A stretch of DNA of 64,000 nucleotides from Nitrospiraceae bacterium. GTDB taxonomy: Bacteria > Nitrospirota > Nitrospiria > Nitrospirales > Nitrospiraceae. Both the position numbers and the translations under genes were made by a program. The DNA lies in contig JBFWWG010000009.1 in the NCBI GenBank assembly GCA_050246315.1, forward strand, positions 20,001 through 84,000, given 5' to 3'. The notes under the pieces were generated by a model. It made no database searches. It had not been told where the DNA came from and saw nothing but the letters and a program-made list of their open reading frames with translations. Shown here piece after piece: positions 9,183-18,136 of this stretch (position 1 is the first letter of the stretch; every line of letters starts with the position of its first letter).

Positions 9183-9502
9183 CCAACCTTCGGTTGAACC
9201 GGCGGCTCATCGGGCGAAGCCCTTCTTCATTGTTGCCGCCGGGGACACACCGCCAGTGATTGAGTTGTTTCTGCTTTAACCAACCTTCGGTTGAACCGGC
9301 GGCTCATCGGGCGAAGTCCCTCTATACCAAGCTACGCTTGAACCGCGGGCTCTTCAGGCGCAGCCTTCTTCATCGACGCCCGCGGAGAAATTCCTCCAGT
9401 GATTCGCTGCTCTTCGTTTCTTGAAACCAAGCTACGCTTGAACCGCGCGCTCTTCATCGGTGTATCGAATCTGACGCGCGCGGAGAAACGCCACCAGTGA
9501 TT
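9183..9502 (-). repeat. Tandem array B of the same structured element (4 units, one truncated)
   Basis: Units start at 9183, 9280 (truncated), 9327 and 9427; same conserved blocks as array A. Confidence 0.9.
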
Positions 9503-9907
9503 CTTCTCCCCCACTTCTCCGAATCGAGCCGCGACCGCCGGAATATCCCGCCTTGCGGTAGAGTCCTTCGGTCAAGATCAGCAAGGCCCGTGCCAATAGG
9601 GTTATGGATGCCAGACTGGAAAAGCCGGAGGAGGCGGCCTGTTCAAATGGCCTGATGACGGCGAACGATGACATAAGCACCTCTCGGCACTCGTTCACTG
9701 TATCCGATTGGATACCGACCGTATCTTTCTGTACCGGACAACATGAGATTCGGCACGTGGTCGCCGGCATGTGGGAGAGGCGATGTTATGCCGGAGGACA
9801 GGAAGCGTCAATCAAAAGTATTGGGAGAGGGGTCAGGAGAAACAGAGGACTGGGTGCTGGTCGATGGAATTGTCGCTCAAAGCAGGGAAACAAGGGGGAA
9901 GGCCGAG

Positions 9908-10178
9908 CCCGCATTATTCATGACGGTTCGTCGCGAAATCGTGAAGTCACCAAGCGAGATGGGCAAGCATGGCCGCGAGGGATCGAAGCGTACTTGAAAT
10001 AGTACGTCGAGGGACTAAGCGGCGAGCACACCCGCCATACCGCACTTCGTGTGAGCAGGTGGCCCGTCGGGCCGAGCCCCTCTTCATTGTCACCGCCGGT
10101 GAAATCGCTTCGACTGGTCAGGCCCTGTCGCAGCGGCGATTTCGCGATTGCAGCTGAGGCGTTCATGAATAATGCGGC
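9908..10178. mobile_element. MITE-like element of about 270 bp
   Basis: Terminal inverted repeats CCGCATTATTCATGA / TCATGAATAATGCGG, plus an inner inverted pair TCGCGAAATCG / CGATTTCGCGA. CGAG on the left and CTAG on the right. Confidence 0.65.
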
Positions 10179-10182
10179 CTAG

Positions 10183-10312
10183 TAGGATGCGGAAAAACTC
10201 TCCGTTCATCCTTCGAGGGCCTCAGGACGAACGGAGCAGGCATTGAATATACTGGTATTTTCCGATCATGCTGAGCCTGTCGAAGCACAAAATCGAGTTT
10301 TTCCGCAGCCTG
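10183..10312. mobile_element. MITE-like element (130 bp) flanked by CTAG direct repeats
   Basis: TAGGATGCGGAAAAACTC ... GAGTTTTTCCGCAGCCTG (16/18 inverted match); CTAG at 10179-10182 and 10313-10316. Confidence 0.7.
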
Positions 10313-10318
10313 CTAGTG

Positions 10319-12127
10319 TCAGGAACCTTTCGTTGCTTGCCTGAGCGCCTCCACGGTCTTGGAGGCAAGTCCCGCCTCGCGTAATTCCTCGTCCGTGGCC
10401 TGTGTCACCGCGTCGGCGCTGCCGAACTGCCCCAGCAGCCGGTTGCGGGTGATCTCGCCGATGCCGATGACCTGATCAAGCTTCGACGAGGTCAAGGTCT
10501 TGCTGCGGAGTGTCCGGTGGTACTTGACGGCGAAGCGATGGGCCTCATCCCTGATGCGCTGGACCAAGTGCGTGGCGGGCGAGGTCGGGTGGAGGATGAT
10601 CGGATTCTTCCGTCCTGGGAGAAAGATGCGCTCCTCCTTGTCGCCGCGCGCCTTGGCCAAACCGACGATCGGTAGGTGAGACTGGCCGACCTGTCTGAGC
10701 CCGTCAATGGCGGCTGCCAGTTGCGCGAGGCCGCCGTCGATCAGGATCAAGTCCGGTCTCGACAGATCTTCCGCCTGGCTGTACCGGCGCATCACGACCT
10801 CCTGAATGCTGGCAAAGTCGTTCGCGCCCTCGACCGTTTTGATCCGGAACTTGCGGTAGTCCGACTTTTTCATCGCGCCCTGCTCCCAGACCACCATCGA
10901 ACCGACGGACTGGTTGCCGAGGAGGTTGGAAATATCGAACCCTTCGATCCGGTTCGGGATGGAATTCAGCCGGAGCAATCGCTTCAGCTCCGCGGTGGCC
11001 TGCCGGTTGGTCTCCTCATCTCGTAGATGATCGATCAATGCCGCCAGCGCGTTCTCCTCCGCCAATTGGATAAGCTGGTGTTTCGTGCCTCGCTCCGGCG
11101 CCACGATGCAGACGGTGTCCCCTCGCTTCTCCGAGAGCCAGGTCTGAAGCAGCACAGCTTCGGGCAGGGAACAAGGGATCAGCAGTTCCTTCGGAGGTTG
11201 GCCGTCCTTGTTATAGAACTGCTCGATGGTCGAGACCACCAGCTCTTCATCGGCCGTGTCGGCACCGGTCGGCCAATAGAAGTCCTTCCGGCCGATCAAC
11301 AGGCCTCCACGTACGAAGAGCAGTTGCAGGTCCACCGCGGTACCGCGGCGCGCGAATCCGATGACATCCTGATCCACGGATGCGATTTGGGTGATCCGTT
11401 GTTTCTCCAACGTCCGTTGGATCTTGAACAGGCGGTCGCGGAGCCTGGCCGCTTCCTCGAATGCCTCCCACTCGGCGGCCGTCTCCATCTGTGCGCGGAG
11501 ATCATCCAACAGTTCGTGATCCCGGCCCTCGAGAAATTGACGAACCTGCTTTACGATCTTGTGATAGTCATCCTTGGACTGGTTGCCCGTGCAAGGCGCC
11601 ATGCAGCGTTTGATCTCGAACTCGATGCAGGCGCGCTCGGCGGTCCCGTCGATGTCGATCTTGCAGGTCGCCAGCGGAAAGGCCCGTTTGATGATCTTCA
11701 GGGTTTCGCGAAGCGCTCCGGCCGGGGTGTAGGGACCGTAGTAGAGCGCGCCGTCTTTTTGGACGCGTCGGACGATCGAAAAGCGCGGGAAGTCCTCTTT
11801 GATCGGCAGTCGGAGATAGGGATACTGTTTGTCGTCGCGCAGCACGACGTTGAAGCGGGGGCGATGTCGCTTGATCAGATTGCTTTCGAGGATCAGTGCT
11901 TCCAGCTCCGACCGGGTGACGATGGTTTCGACCTCCGCCACCTGATCGATCAGCAGGACGGTCTTCGGGTTGTGGTCGGCGGCGCGTTGGAAATAGGACC
12001 TGACACGATGGGCCAGGACGGCGGCCTTGCCGATGTAGAGGATGTCCCCCTTGGCATTCTTGAACAGATAGACGCCGGGCTGAGCCGGCAGGTGGTCAAG
12101 TTTGGATTGCAGGACATCGGTCGTCAT
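10319..12127 (-). CDS. uvrC: Excinuclease ABC subunit C
   Basis: GIY-YIG LPAQPGVYLFK..ILYIGKA, RIEGFDISN, PDLILIDGG, IRDEAHRFA and a C-terminal HhH. Confidence 0.98.
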   Translation of the reverse strand: MTTDVLQSKLDHLPAQPGVYLFKNAKGDILYIGKAAVLAHRVRSYFQRAADHNPKTVLLIDQVAEVETIVTRSELEALILESNLIKRHRPRFNVVLRDDKQYPYLRLPIKEDFPRFSIVRRVQKDGALYYGPYTPAGALRETLKIIKRAFPLATCKIDIDGTAERACIEFEIKRCMAPCTGNQSKDDYHKIVKQVRQFLEGRDHELLDDLRAQMETAAEWEAFEEAARLRDRLFKIQRTLEKQRITQIASVDQDVIGFARRGTAVDLQLLFVRGGLLIGRKDFYWPTGADTADEELVVSTIEQFYNKDGQPPKELLIPCSLPEAVLLQTWLSEKRGDTVCIVAPERGTKHQLIQLAEENALAALIDHLRDEETNRQATAELKRLLRLNSIPNRIEGFDISNLLGNQSVGSMVVWEQGAMKKSDYRKFRIKTVEGANDFASIQEVVMRRYSQAEDLSRPDLILIDGGLAQLAAAIDGLRQVGQSHLPIVGLAKARGDKEERIFLPGRKNPIILHPTSPATHLVQRIRDEAHRFAVKYHRTLRSKTLTSSKLDQVIGIGEITRNRLLGQFGSADAVTQATDEELREAGLASKTVEALRQATKGS

Positions 12128-12216
12128 CTGTCAACCGTCATTGGTCAACCGTAAGAATAACAGGAACAGGGCGTCGATTGCTTCGGTTGACGTCTGACGA
12201 ATGACGGTTGACGACG
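12121..12216. repeat. Heptamer-periodic inverted repeat (GTCAnnn)n ... (nnnTGAC)n
   Basis: TCAACCG TCATTGG TCAACCG ... GGTTGAC GTCTGAC GAATGAC GGTTGAC between dapF and uvrC. Confidence 0.75.
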
Positions 12217-12219
12217 GCG

Positions 12220-13089
12220 CTATTTGAGCCCGCGCACGAACGAGGGGCTGAGCGTTCCCCGCGCCACTTCCGCCACGGGGCCCTTCATCGTGAGGGCAAA
12301 ATCCTTGTCCACGTCGATGCGCAGGGTGCCTCCCGGCATGTTCACGGTCACAGGACTTTGAACAAGCCCGAGCTTCACCGCGGCGCTGGCTGCGGCACAG
12401 GAGGACGAGCCGGAGGCTTGCGTCTCGCCGGCGCCTCGTTCCCAGATCAGAATGAAGATCTCGCGCGGACCGGTGGGCACCGCGAGCTGCACGTTGGTCC
12501 GTCGCGGAAACAATGTGTGGTTCTCCAGCGCCGGTCCCAGCGCCAACAGTTCCGCTCGGCTCCATGGTGATCCTGCCGGCTTGAAAACCACGCAGTGGGG
12601 GTTCCCGACGCTGACACCGGTGAAGACGAGACGTTGCCCGGCCGCCTCGATCGGCTGATTCACCAGCTCACTCACGGCTAGAGTGCAAGGCAGGGAGGCA
12701 GGTGAGAAGGTCGCCCGGCCCATCTCGACGGTGACGGAGGTGGCATCGCCTTGTCGATCCACATGCAGGGTACAGGTCACCAGGCCGCCGATGGTGTCGA
12801 CTGTGAATTGGGTCTTGCGCGTCTTCTTCGTGGCGTGGAGGTACCGGGCGAAAATGCGGAGGCCGTTGCCGGACTTTTCCGCTTCGCTGCCGTCGGGATT
12901 GAAAATTCTCAGGCCGAAATCGGCTTTCTTGGATGGGACCAGCGTCAGGATGCCATCGCTGCCGAGTCCCCAGTGCCGATCGCAGATGGCGCGGATGGCC
13001 TTTGAGGTCAGCTTAAAGCCAAGGTCTTTGGGGTCCATCACCAGATAGTCGTTGCCCAGCCCATGCCCGCGGAAAAACCCGTTCTTCAT
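12220..13089 (-). CDS. dapF: Diaminopimelate epimerase
   Basis: HGLGNDY, AEKSGNGLR, SVGNPHCVVF, WERGAGETQASGSSSCA. Ser rather than Cys occupies both usual catalytic motif positions (SGNG, ASGS). Start at the ATG at 13089. Confidence 0.9.
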   Translation of the reverse strand: MKNGFFRGHGLGNDYLVMDPKDLGFKLTSKAIRAICDRHWGLGSDGILTLVPSKKADFGLRIFNPDGSEAEKSGNGLRIFARYLHATKKTRKTQFTVDTIGGLVTCTLHVDRQGDATSVTVEMGRATFSPASLPCTLAVSELVNQPIEAAGQRLVFTGVSVGNPHCVVFKPAGSPWSRAELLALGPALENHTLFPRRTNVQLAVPTGPREIFILIWERGAGETQASGSSSCAAASAAVKLGLVQSPVTVNMPGGTLRIDVDKDFALTMKGPVAEVARGTLSPSFVRGLK

Positions 13090-13254
13090 CTGCGCTCTCC
13101 TTGTCAAATAGCGTCAGTCGCCAAACGTCAACCGGGATGAAGAACCTACTTTGTCGATCTACGCAAGGTCAACGGGGAAGATAAGGTGTGGTGCCTCAAT
13201 GCGGGCATTGCGGGGAGTGCACTTGACGAGTGACGGATGACGCGTGACGAGGCT

Positions 13255-13653
13255 CTACACCAGCGCGACGCCCGGCGGCCGCTCGATCAGCTCGACTTCG
13301 TAGCCGTCCGGCGCATTGATGAAGATGAAGCGGCTTCCGGAGGAGGTGCGTGTCGGTCCGTCGGTGATGGGGATGCCCATGGAATTGAGTGTGGCGATCG
13401 TGTCGTCCAGATTCTCGACCTGGAAGGCGAGATGGACCAAATCCTCCTGCACGGTCACGGGTCCGCTTGGAGGGAAACTACAGAGTTCGATCAATTCTTC
13501 GCTGTTGGGAACTTTCAAGAACGCCAGGTGAGACCCGCGCGGCGAGACCTTGCGCTCCGACACCTCAAGGCCAAGGACCTTGGTATAGAACGAAATGGTT
13601 TCGTCCATGTCGCTCACTCGCATCCGGGTGTGGAGTAGTTTGGTGACCTTCAT
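13255..13653 (-). CDS. VOC/glyoxalase I family protein
   Basis: LLHTRMRVSDMDETISFYTKVLGL...HLAF...FINAPDGYEVELIE. ATG at 13653. Confidence 0.9.
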   Translation of the reverse strand: MKVTKLLHTRMRVSDMDETISFYTKVLGLEVSERKVSPRGSHLAFLKVPNSEELIELCSFPPSGPVTVQEDLVHLAFQVENLDDTIATLNSMGIPITDGPTRTSSGSRFIFINAPDGYEVELIERPPGVALV

Positions 13654-13663
13654 CGGACCCCCT

Positions 13664-13855
13664 TCATGAGTCACTAGTCAACGGTCATTGGTCATTCGCA
13701 TGGCAGAGGGTCGTCGGTCATGAGTCATCGCTGAAGAGTCCTCCTCCCCAACCAATGGGCGTTCACCAGTAACCAATGACATCCTCTGCTCCATTGACCA
13801 ATGACCAGTGACGAATGACCTGTTGTTGCCACCAATGACGGTTGACGCCTGACGA
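13664..13855. repeat. Heptamer-periodic inverted repeat
   Basis: GTCACTA GTCAACG GTCATTG GTCATTC ... CCATTGAC CAATGAC CAGTGAC GAATGAC ... GGTTGAC. Confidence 0.75.
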
Positions 13856-13856
13856 G

Positions 13857-14348
13857 CTATCTCACTCTGGCCGGTCCCACCGTCTTGCGCACCAGGATTT
13901 CAGCGCTGCCGGGGATGAGGAAATCTTTGATGGCGCCGACCTCCTGGTAGCCGTGCTTCTTGTAGAACTGCCGCGCGCTCAGGTTGAAGTCCGACACGCA
14001 GGCGAACAGATTCGTGCCACGCGAAAAGGTCACCGACTCCAGATGGGTGAGGAGCTGGCTGCCGAGCTGCTGCCCGCGCGCCCAGCCGGCGACGCCGAAC
14101 AGTTCGAGATAGTCGCCGAACAGAAATCGGGGCCGCAGCACGGCGAACCCCGCCACCCTTCCGTCGAGCTCCAGCACATAGCCCTCTCGGCCGTGGGTCA
14201 GGGCGGAGAAATAGGTGTCCCAATCCGCTGCTTCGTAACCCAGGCGCTTCCACGGATCGGAGGACAGGAGGATGTCAAGCACGGCCTGCCGGTCTTGCTC
14301 GGCAAACGGCCGGACGCGGGATCGATCTATCGAGTTGGGTTGTGACAT
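13857..14348 (-). CDS. GNAT family N-acetyltransferase
   Basis: Acetyl-CoA motif WARGQQLGSQLL, and ARQFYKKHGYQEVG. Confidence 0.9.
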   Translation of the reverse strand: MSQPNSIDRSRVRPFAEQDRQAVLDILLSSDPWKRLGYEAADWDTYFSALTHGREGYVLELDGRVAGFAVLRPRFLFGDYLELFGVAGWARGQQLGSQLLTHLESVTFSRGTNLFACVSDFNLSARQFYKKHGYQEVGAIKDFLIPGSAEILVRKTVGPARVR

Positions 14349-15052
14349 GCCAGCAGGTCCGTGACGGTCACGGGACGCAATTGCGCGTGGGACAGCACGG
14401 TCTCGTCCAAGGCTTGGATGACTTCGCGGGTGTGCTTGCCCTTGCCATTGGCATGGAACACGACGATGCTGCCCGGGCGAAGTCGCCGCACCACGCGGTC
14501 GAGGATGGCGTTGGCGGTGAGCGTGGGATCAGGATCGCCCGAGACAAGGTTCCACAGGATGAACTGGAGTCCCAGCGATTTGACCACCTGCACCGTGACG
14601 TCGTCGTATTCTCCGTATGGAGGCCTGAATAACCCGGCGGAGAGGTGATAGCGAGAGCGCATCAAGGAGACTGCCCGGAAGATTTCCGCTCGCTGGCCCG
14701 ATTCATCCAACAGCGGGAGATGGGCATGGTCCTCGCCATGCGTACCGATCTCGAAGAACGGTACGGCCTGCAGCGCGCGCACATCGTCCTGATGCTGTTC
14801 CGCCCAACGGCCGGACACGAAGAAGGTCGCCGGAATCTCGCGAGCCTGGAGGTAGTCGATCAGGGCCGCATCGAAACCGGGCTTGGCGCGCACCGGACAG
14901 AGGTCGAACGTCAGCGCGATGTTCCGGCAGGCGGAGGGACCGGCCGTGATCACGTCTGCGTGGCCCGCGTGGATTGGACGTACCGCTGGGGGCGCGCCGA
15001 TGAGGATGAGGAGGACGAAGAGACCAAGACGAGCCCAGGTGGCGGATCGCAT
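14327..15052 (-). CDS. Polysaccharide deacetylase (NodB homology)
   Basis: IALTFDLC, IPATFFVSG, EIGTHGEDH, LFRPPYG, GSIVVFH; signal peptide. Confidence 0.92.
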   Translation of the reverse strand: MRSATWARLGLFVLLILIGAPPAVRPIHAGHADVITAGPSACRNIALTFDLCPVRAKPGFDAALIDYLQAREIPATFFVSGRWAEQHQDDVRALQAVPFFEIGTHGEDHAHLPLLDESGQRAEIFRAVSLMRSRYHLSAGLFRPPYGEYDDVTVQVVKSLGLQFILWNLVSGDPDPTLTANAILDRVVRRLRPGSIVVFHANGKGKHTREVIQALDETVLSHAQLRPVTVTDLLACHNPTR

Positions 15053-15201
15053 CAGGCGCAGTATACCTGAAGGTCAGTCCTGCCACACCTGCGGAATCGA
15101 ATCTCGCGGCAATGTCCGATCGGTTGACTGGTCCTTTCGACGCCTGCTAGGTTGATAAGAACGGCCGGTCTCCGGCGGTTCGCAACGGGAGAACAGGACA
15201 G

Positions 15202-16404
15202 ATGTTTCATTTCACGAGCAGGCAGGGTTGGCAGATCGGCCGGATCTTAGGTATCCCCATCGTCATCCACGTGTCCTGGCTGTTGGTCTTTGCGTTCGTG
15301 ACCTGGACATTGGCCACCACGTACCTGCCCGCGGCGCTTCCCGGCCAATCGATCCCTCGCTATTGGGCCATGGGAGGCATGGCCGCTCTGTTACTGTTCC
15401 TCTCGGTCCTGCTGCATGAGTTGGGACACTGTTGGGTCGCGCTGCGTTACCACGTACCGATCGGCCAGATTACGCTCTTCGTGTTCGGCGGCGTCGCGCA
15501 TATGAAGAAGGAACCGCCGACCCCGAAGGCGGAGTTCCTCATCGCTATTGCCGGCCCGATCGTGAGCTTCGGCTTGGGCGCGGCCTGCCTGGGGTTCGGT
15601 ATCGTGAACGATCTTGCCGTCCTTCGTCCAGATCTGCATGGCCTCACGGTTCTGGGGTGGCTCCTCGGCACCGTCAATCTGCAAATCGGATTATTCAACC
15701 TTATTCCCGGCTTCCCGTTGGATGGGGGGCGAGCCCTGCGGGCCGGGCTCTGGGCCTGGTCCAAGGACTTTTACGCCGCGACTCGTCGATCGGCCGTGGC
15801 GGGCCTCGCCTTCGGGGTGCTGCTCAGTTGTCTGGGTGGGTCGCTGATGATCGGCGCGGGGTTGCACCTGTTGGAAGCGTCCTTGATCACGACCGGCATG
15901 TGGGTGGCGATGATCGGGTTGTTTTTGTTTGCCACCGCGAAGGGTACGCGCCAACAGGCCGTGTTCCGCGAAACCCTTGCCCACGTTACCGTGTCTGAGC
16001 TGGTCACGCAGTCGGTGATTTCGGTGCCGGCGACCCTGACGATCGAATCGGCGGTCAAGGGCTATTTCCTCCCGCACGGCTTCTCAGGGTTTCCGGTCGT
16101 CGAACAAGATCAGTTGGTCGGTCTGGTGACTGTGCAAGATCTGCAACGCGTTCCTCAAGGGCTCTGGCCCTGGCGAGAGGTTCGGGAGGTGATGCGGCCT
16201 TGGTCGGCGGAGATGGAGATTTCGTCTGGTGCGACCGTCCTACACGCGCTGGAGCAGATGGGGATCGCGAACCTTGATCGGCTGATCGTCAGACAGGAGG
16301 GACGGATCGTCGGTGTGCTCACCCGTTCGGCCGTGTGGCGCTATCTGAACTTGCGATCGCAAGGCCGTGCTTCGTCCAAGGTTGACCCACCGCAAGCCGC
16401 GTAG
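15202..16404 (+). CDS. Site-2 protease (M50) with tandem CBS domains
   Basis: LLHELGHC (HExxH), FNLIPGFPLDGG (NPDG), and C-terminal CBS pair. Confidence 0.95.
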   Translation: MFHFTSRQGWQIGRILGIPIVIHVSWLLVFAFVTWTLATTYLPAALPGQSIPRYWAMGGMAALLLFLSVLLHELGHCWVALRYHVPIGQITLFVFGGVAHMKKEPPTPKAEFLIAIAGPIVSFGLGAACLGFGIVNDLAVLRPDLHGLTVLGWLLGTVNLQIGLFNLIPGFPLDGGRALRAGLWAWSKDFYAATRRSAVAGLAFGVLLSCLGGSLMIGAGLHLLEASLITTGMWVAMIGLFLFATAKGTRQQAVFRETLAHVTVSELVTQSVISVPATLTIESAVKGYFLPHGFSGFPVVEQDQLVGLVTVQDLQRVPQGLWPWREVREVMRPWSAEMEISSGATVLHALEQMGIANLDRLIVRQEGRIVGVLTRSAVWRYLNLRSQGRASSKVDPPQAA

Positions 16405-16569
16405 CGGGGTGTCGAAAAAACCTATCAGTCTGTACTCCCGAGTGGATGGTCGTTGCCTGCCAAATTGCCGTCAAGCGTCATGCGTCAAGCGTGTGGGAAG
16501 AGAAAGGTCCGTGGAAGATGTTGCGCATCTTCCCGATTGACGAGTGACGGATCACGATCGGCCTTGTTG

Positions 16570-18003
16570 CTAGGCGGCGCTGGCCCGCCGCTTTCCCCGC
16601 CTGGATGCCTGGCCTCGTTCGTCCGCCATGGTCACGAAAAGTATCGCTAGGTTCTGTGCGATGCTGACTCGGATGAGTGTCAAACAGAGGATCGCGCCGT
16701 AGATGACGCAAAAGAAGTTGAACGCCACAGTCGAATATTCGGCCAGGATCAGCGGCATGAACAGCACGAAGATCGAGCTGGCGATCAGGAGGCCGAACAA
16801 CAAGCGTTGGCAGAAATGAAACGCCGGCTGTTCATGGATCGGCGACAGGTCGGCCCGGTACCGGGCGGCGCGGGTTTCCCTCGCCGCCCGGATCGATTCG
16901 TCCGCAGGACCCTTCGCGCGGGTATAGAGGTAGCCGGCCAGCATGACCGCCCAGGGAGCCGACCATAGGGGCCAGTACTCGCGCCCCAGATAGGTCTCGG
17001 AGGAAACCAGCACGGCAAAGGACGGTGCATAGAAGAGCGCCAGCACCAACGGCGCCACGCGATTGTCCTTCGGCGGTCCCTCTTCGTCCTGCCCGAGAAC
17101 CAGTTCCTGTTCGAACAGGGGGTAGCCCCGCTTGACGAGAACTAAGGCGACGGCGGCGCTGACCACCTTGTCGGGAATGTAGAGCAGACAGGTCTGGAGC
17201 CAAGCGAGCACCCCTTCGCCCCAGCGCAGATCCCCCGCGCTTTCGACCAGCGAGTCGAACCGATTCGCGAGGGCGTCTCCCCAGAGGGCCACGCCTTCCT
17301 GAAGCGTGCTGAGCAACATGGCGTTGAGCGTCACGCCGGAGGACTGATCGACCACGGACTGGACGATGGCACCGGGGACGCTCATCACGCAGGCCCCCAA
17401 GACGCCGAACGTCAACAGGAATTGCAGATGGGACAGGACCGACGCATGACCGGTCCGCAGGTACGTCCGGAACTGGTCGGTGCGGGCCAAGGATCCCCAC
17501 ACGAAGGCGCCGGTCATGTTTACCAGCGACCAGGGAAAAATCAGAAGATCGGGATCGTCGTGAGGATACAGCAGCCAGTTGACCAGCGAGTTGGTGAGCA
17601 ACGCCACTCCGGCGCCCCACCAGGGACCAAGCAGGATGGCCGCGAACGCGGTGCCCACCATGTCGAAGAACAGGATGCTTTCCAGTCTCAAGCTGAGAAG
17701 CATCCCCACATAGTTCAAGAGAATCCCCGCGCCGAAGATGAACGCCAATTCTGACGGCACGAGATAGACGGGGGCCGGTCCCAACCAGGTAGGCCACCGG
17801 ATCGTCCAGAACCGGTCGGTGGGGTCCTCCTCCTCCGGTGTGATGGAAGACCGAGGGTCTGCTTTGTCGCCGGCTCGTTCGGCGGCCCTGGCTTTGGCTG
17901 CGGCAGCTCGCTCGGTCCAGCCGATCACTCGCTCGATGATGGTCAGTACCGCGGCGATGAGCCCTGCGAGGGCTCCAGCCATGGCGATCGTTTCTCGTTC
18001 CAT
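16570..18003 (-). CDS. Polytopic membrane protein with ECF S-component-like N-terminal region
   Basis: GILLNYVG...LFFDMVGTAFAAILLGPWWGAGVALLTN pattern; about 10 hydrophobic segments. Confidence 0.55.
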   Translation of the reverse strand: MERETIAMAGALAGLIAAVLTIIERVIGWTERAAAAKARAAERAGDKADPRSSITPEEEDPTDRFWTIRWPTWLGPAPVYLVPSELAFIFGAGILLNYVGMLLSLRLESILFFDMVGTAFAAILLGPWWGAGVALLTNSLVNWLLYPHDDPDLLIFPWSLVNMTGAFVWGSLARTDQFRTYLRTGHASVLSHLQFLLTFGVLGACVMSVPGAIVQSVVDQSSGVTLNAMLLSTLQEGVALWGDALANRFDSLVESAGDLRWGEGVLAWLQTCLLYIPDKVVSAAVALVLVKRGYPLFEQELVLGQDEEGPPKDNRVAPLVLALFYAPSFAVLVSSETYLGREYWPLWSAPWAVMLAGYLYTRAKGPADESIRAARETRAARYRADLSPIHEQPAFHFCQRLLFGLLIASSIFVLFMPLILAEYSTVAFNFFCVIYGAILCLTLIRVSIAQNLAILFVTMADERGQASRRGKRRASAA

Positions 18004-18136
18004 GTTGGGTCAGAGGTTCCAGCGACGAGGCTGTCTGGAAAGGCGGAGCCATTCTATCGTGGGATCGAAAGCCCGCCTAGGGAATCGCCAAAACCTGCGC
18101 AGCCGTTCGCCGCACGAAAAGGACGCCCTGAGGAAA

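Noticed and set aside
7473-9502. CRISPR array interpretation of the tandem repeats
   Set aside because: Units are about 95 nt with near-identical interiors and no unique spacers of constant length, and there are no cas genes in the window.
9332-9997. Small ORFs 9332-9514, 9432-9770 and 9743-9997
   Set aside because: They largely translate repeat or MITE sequence and lack convincing SD or protein features.
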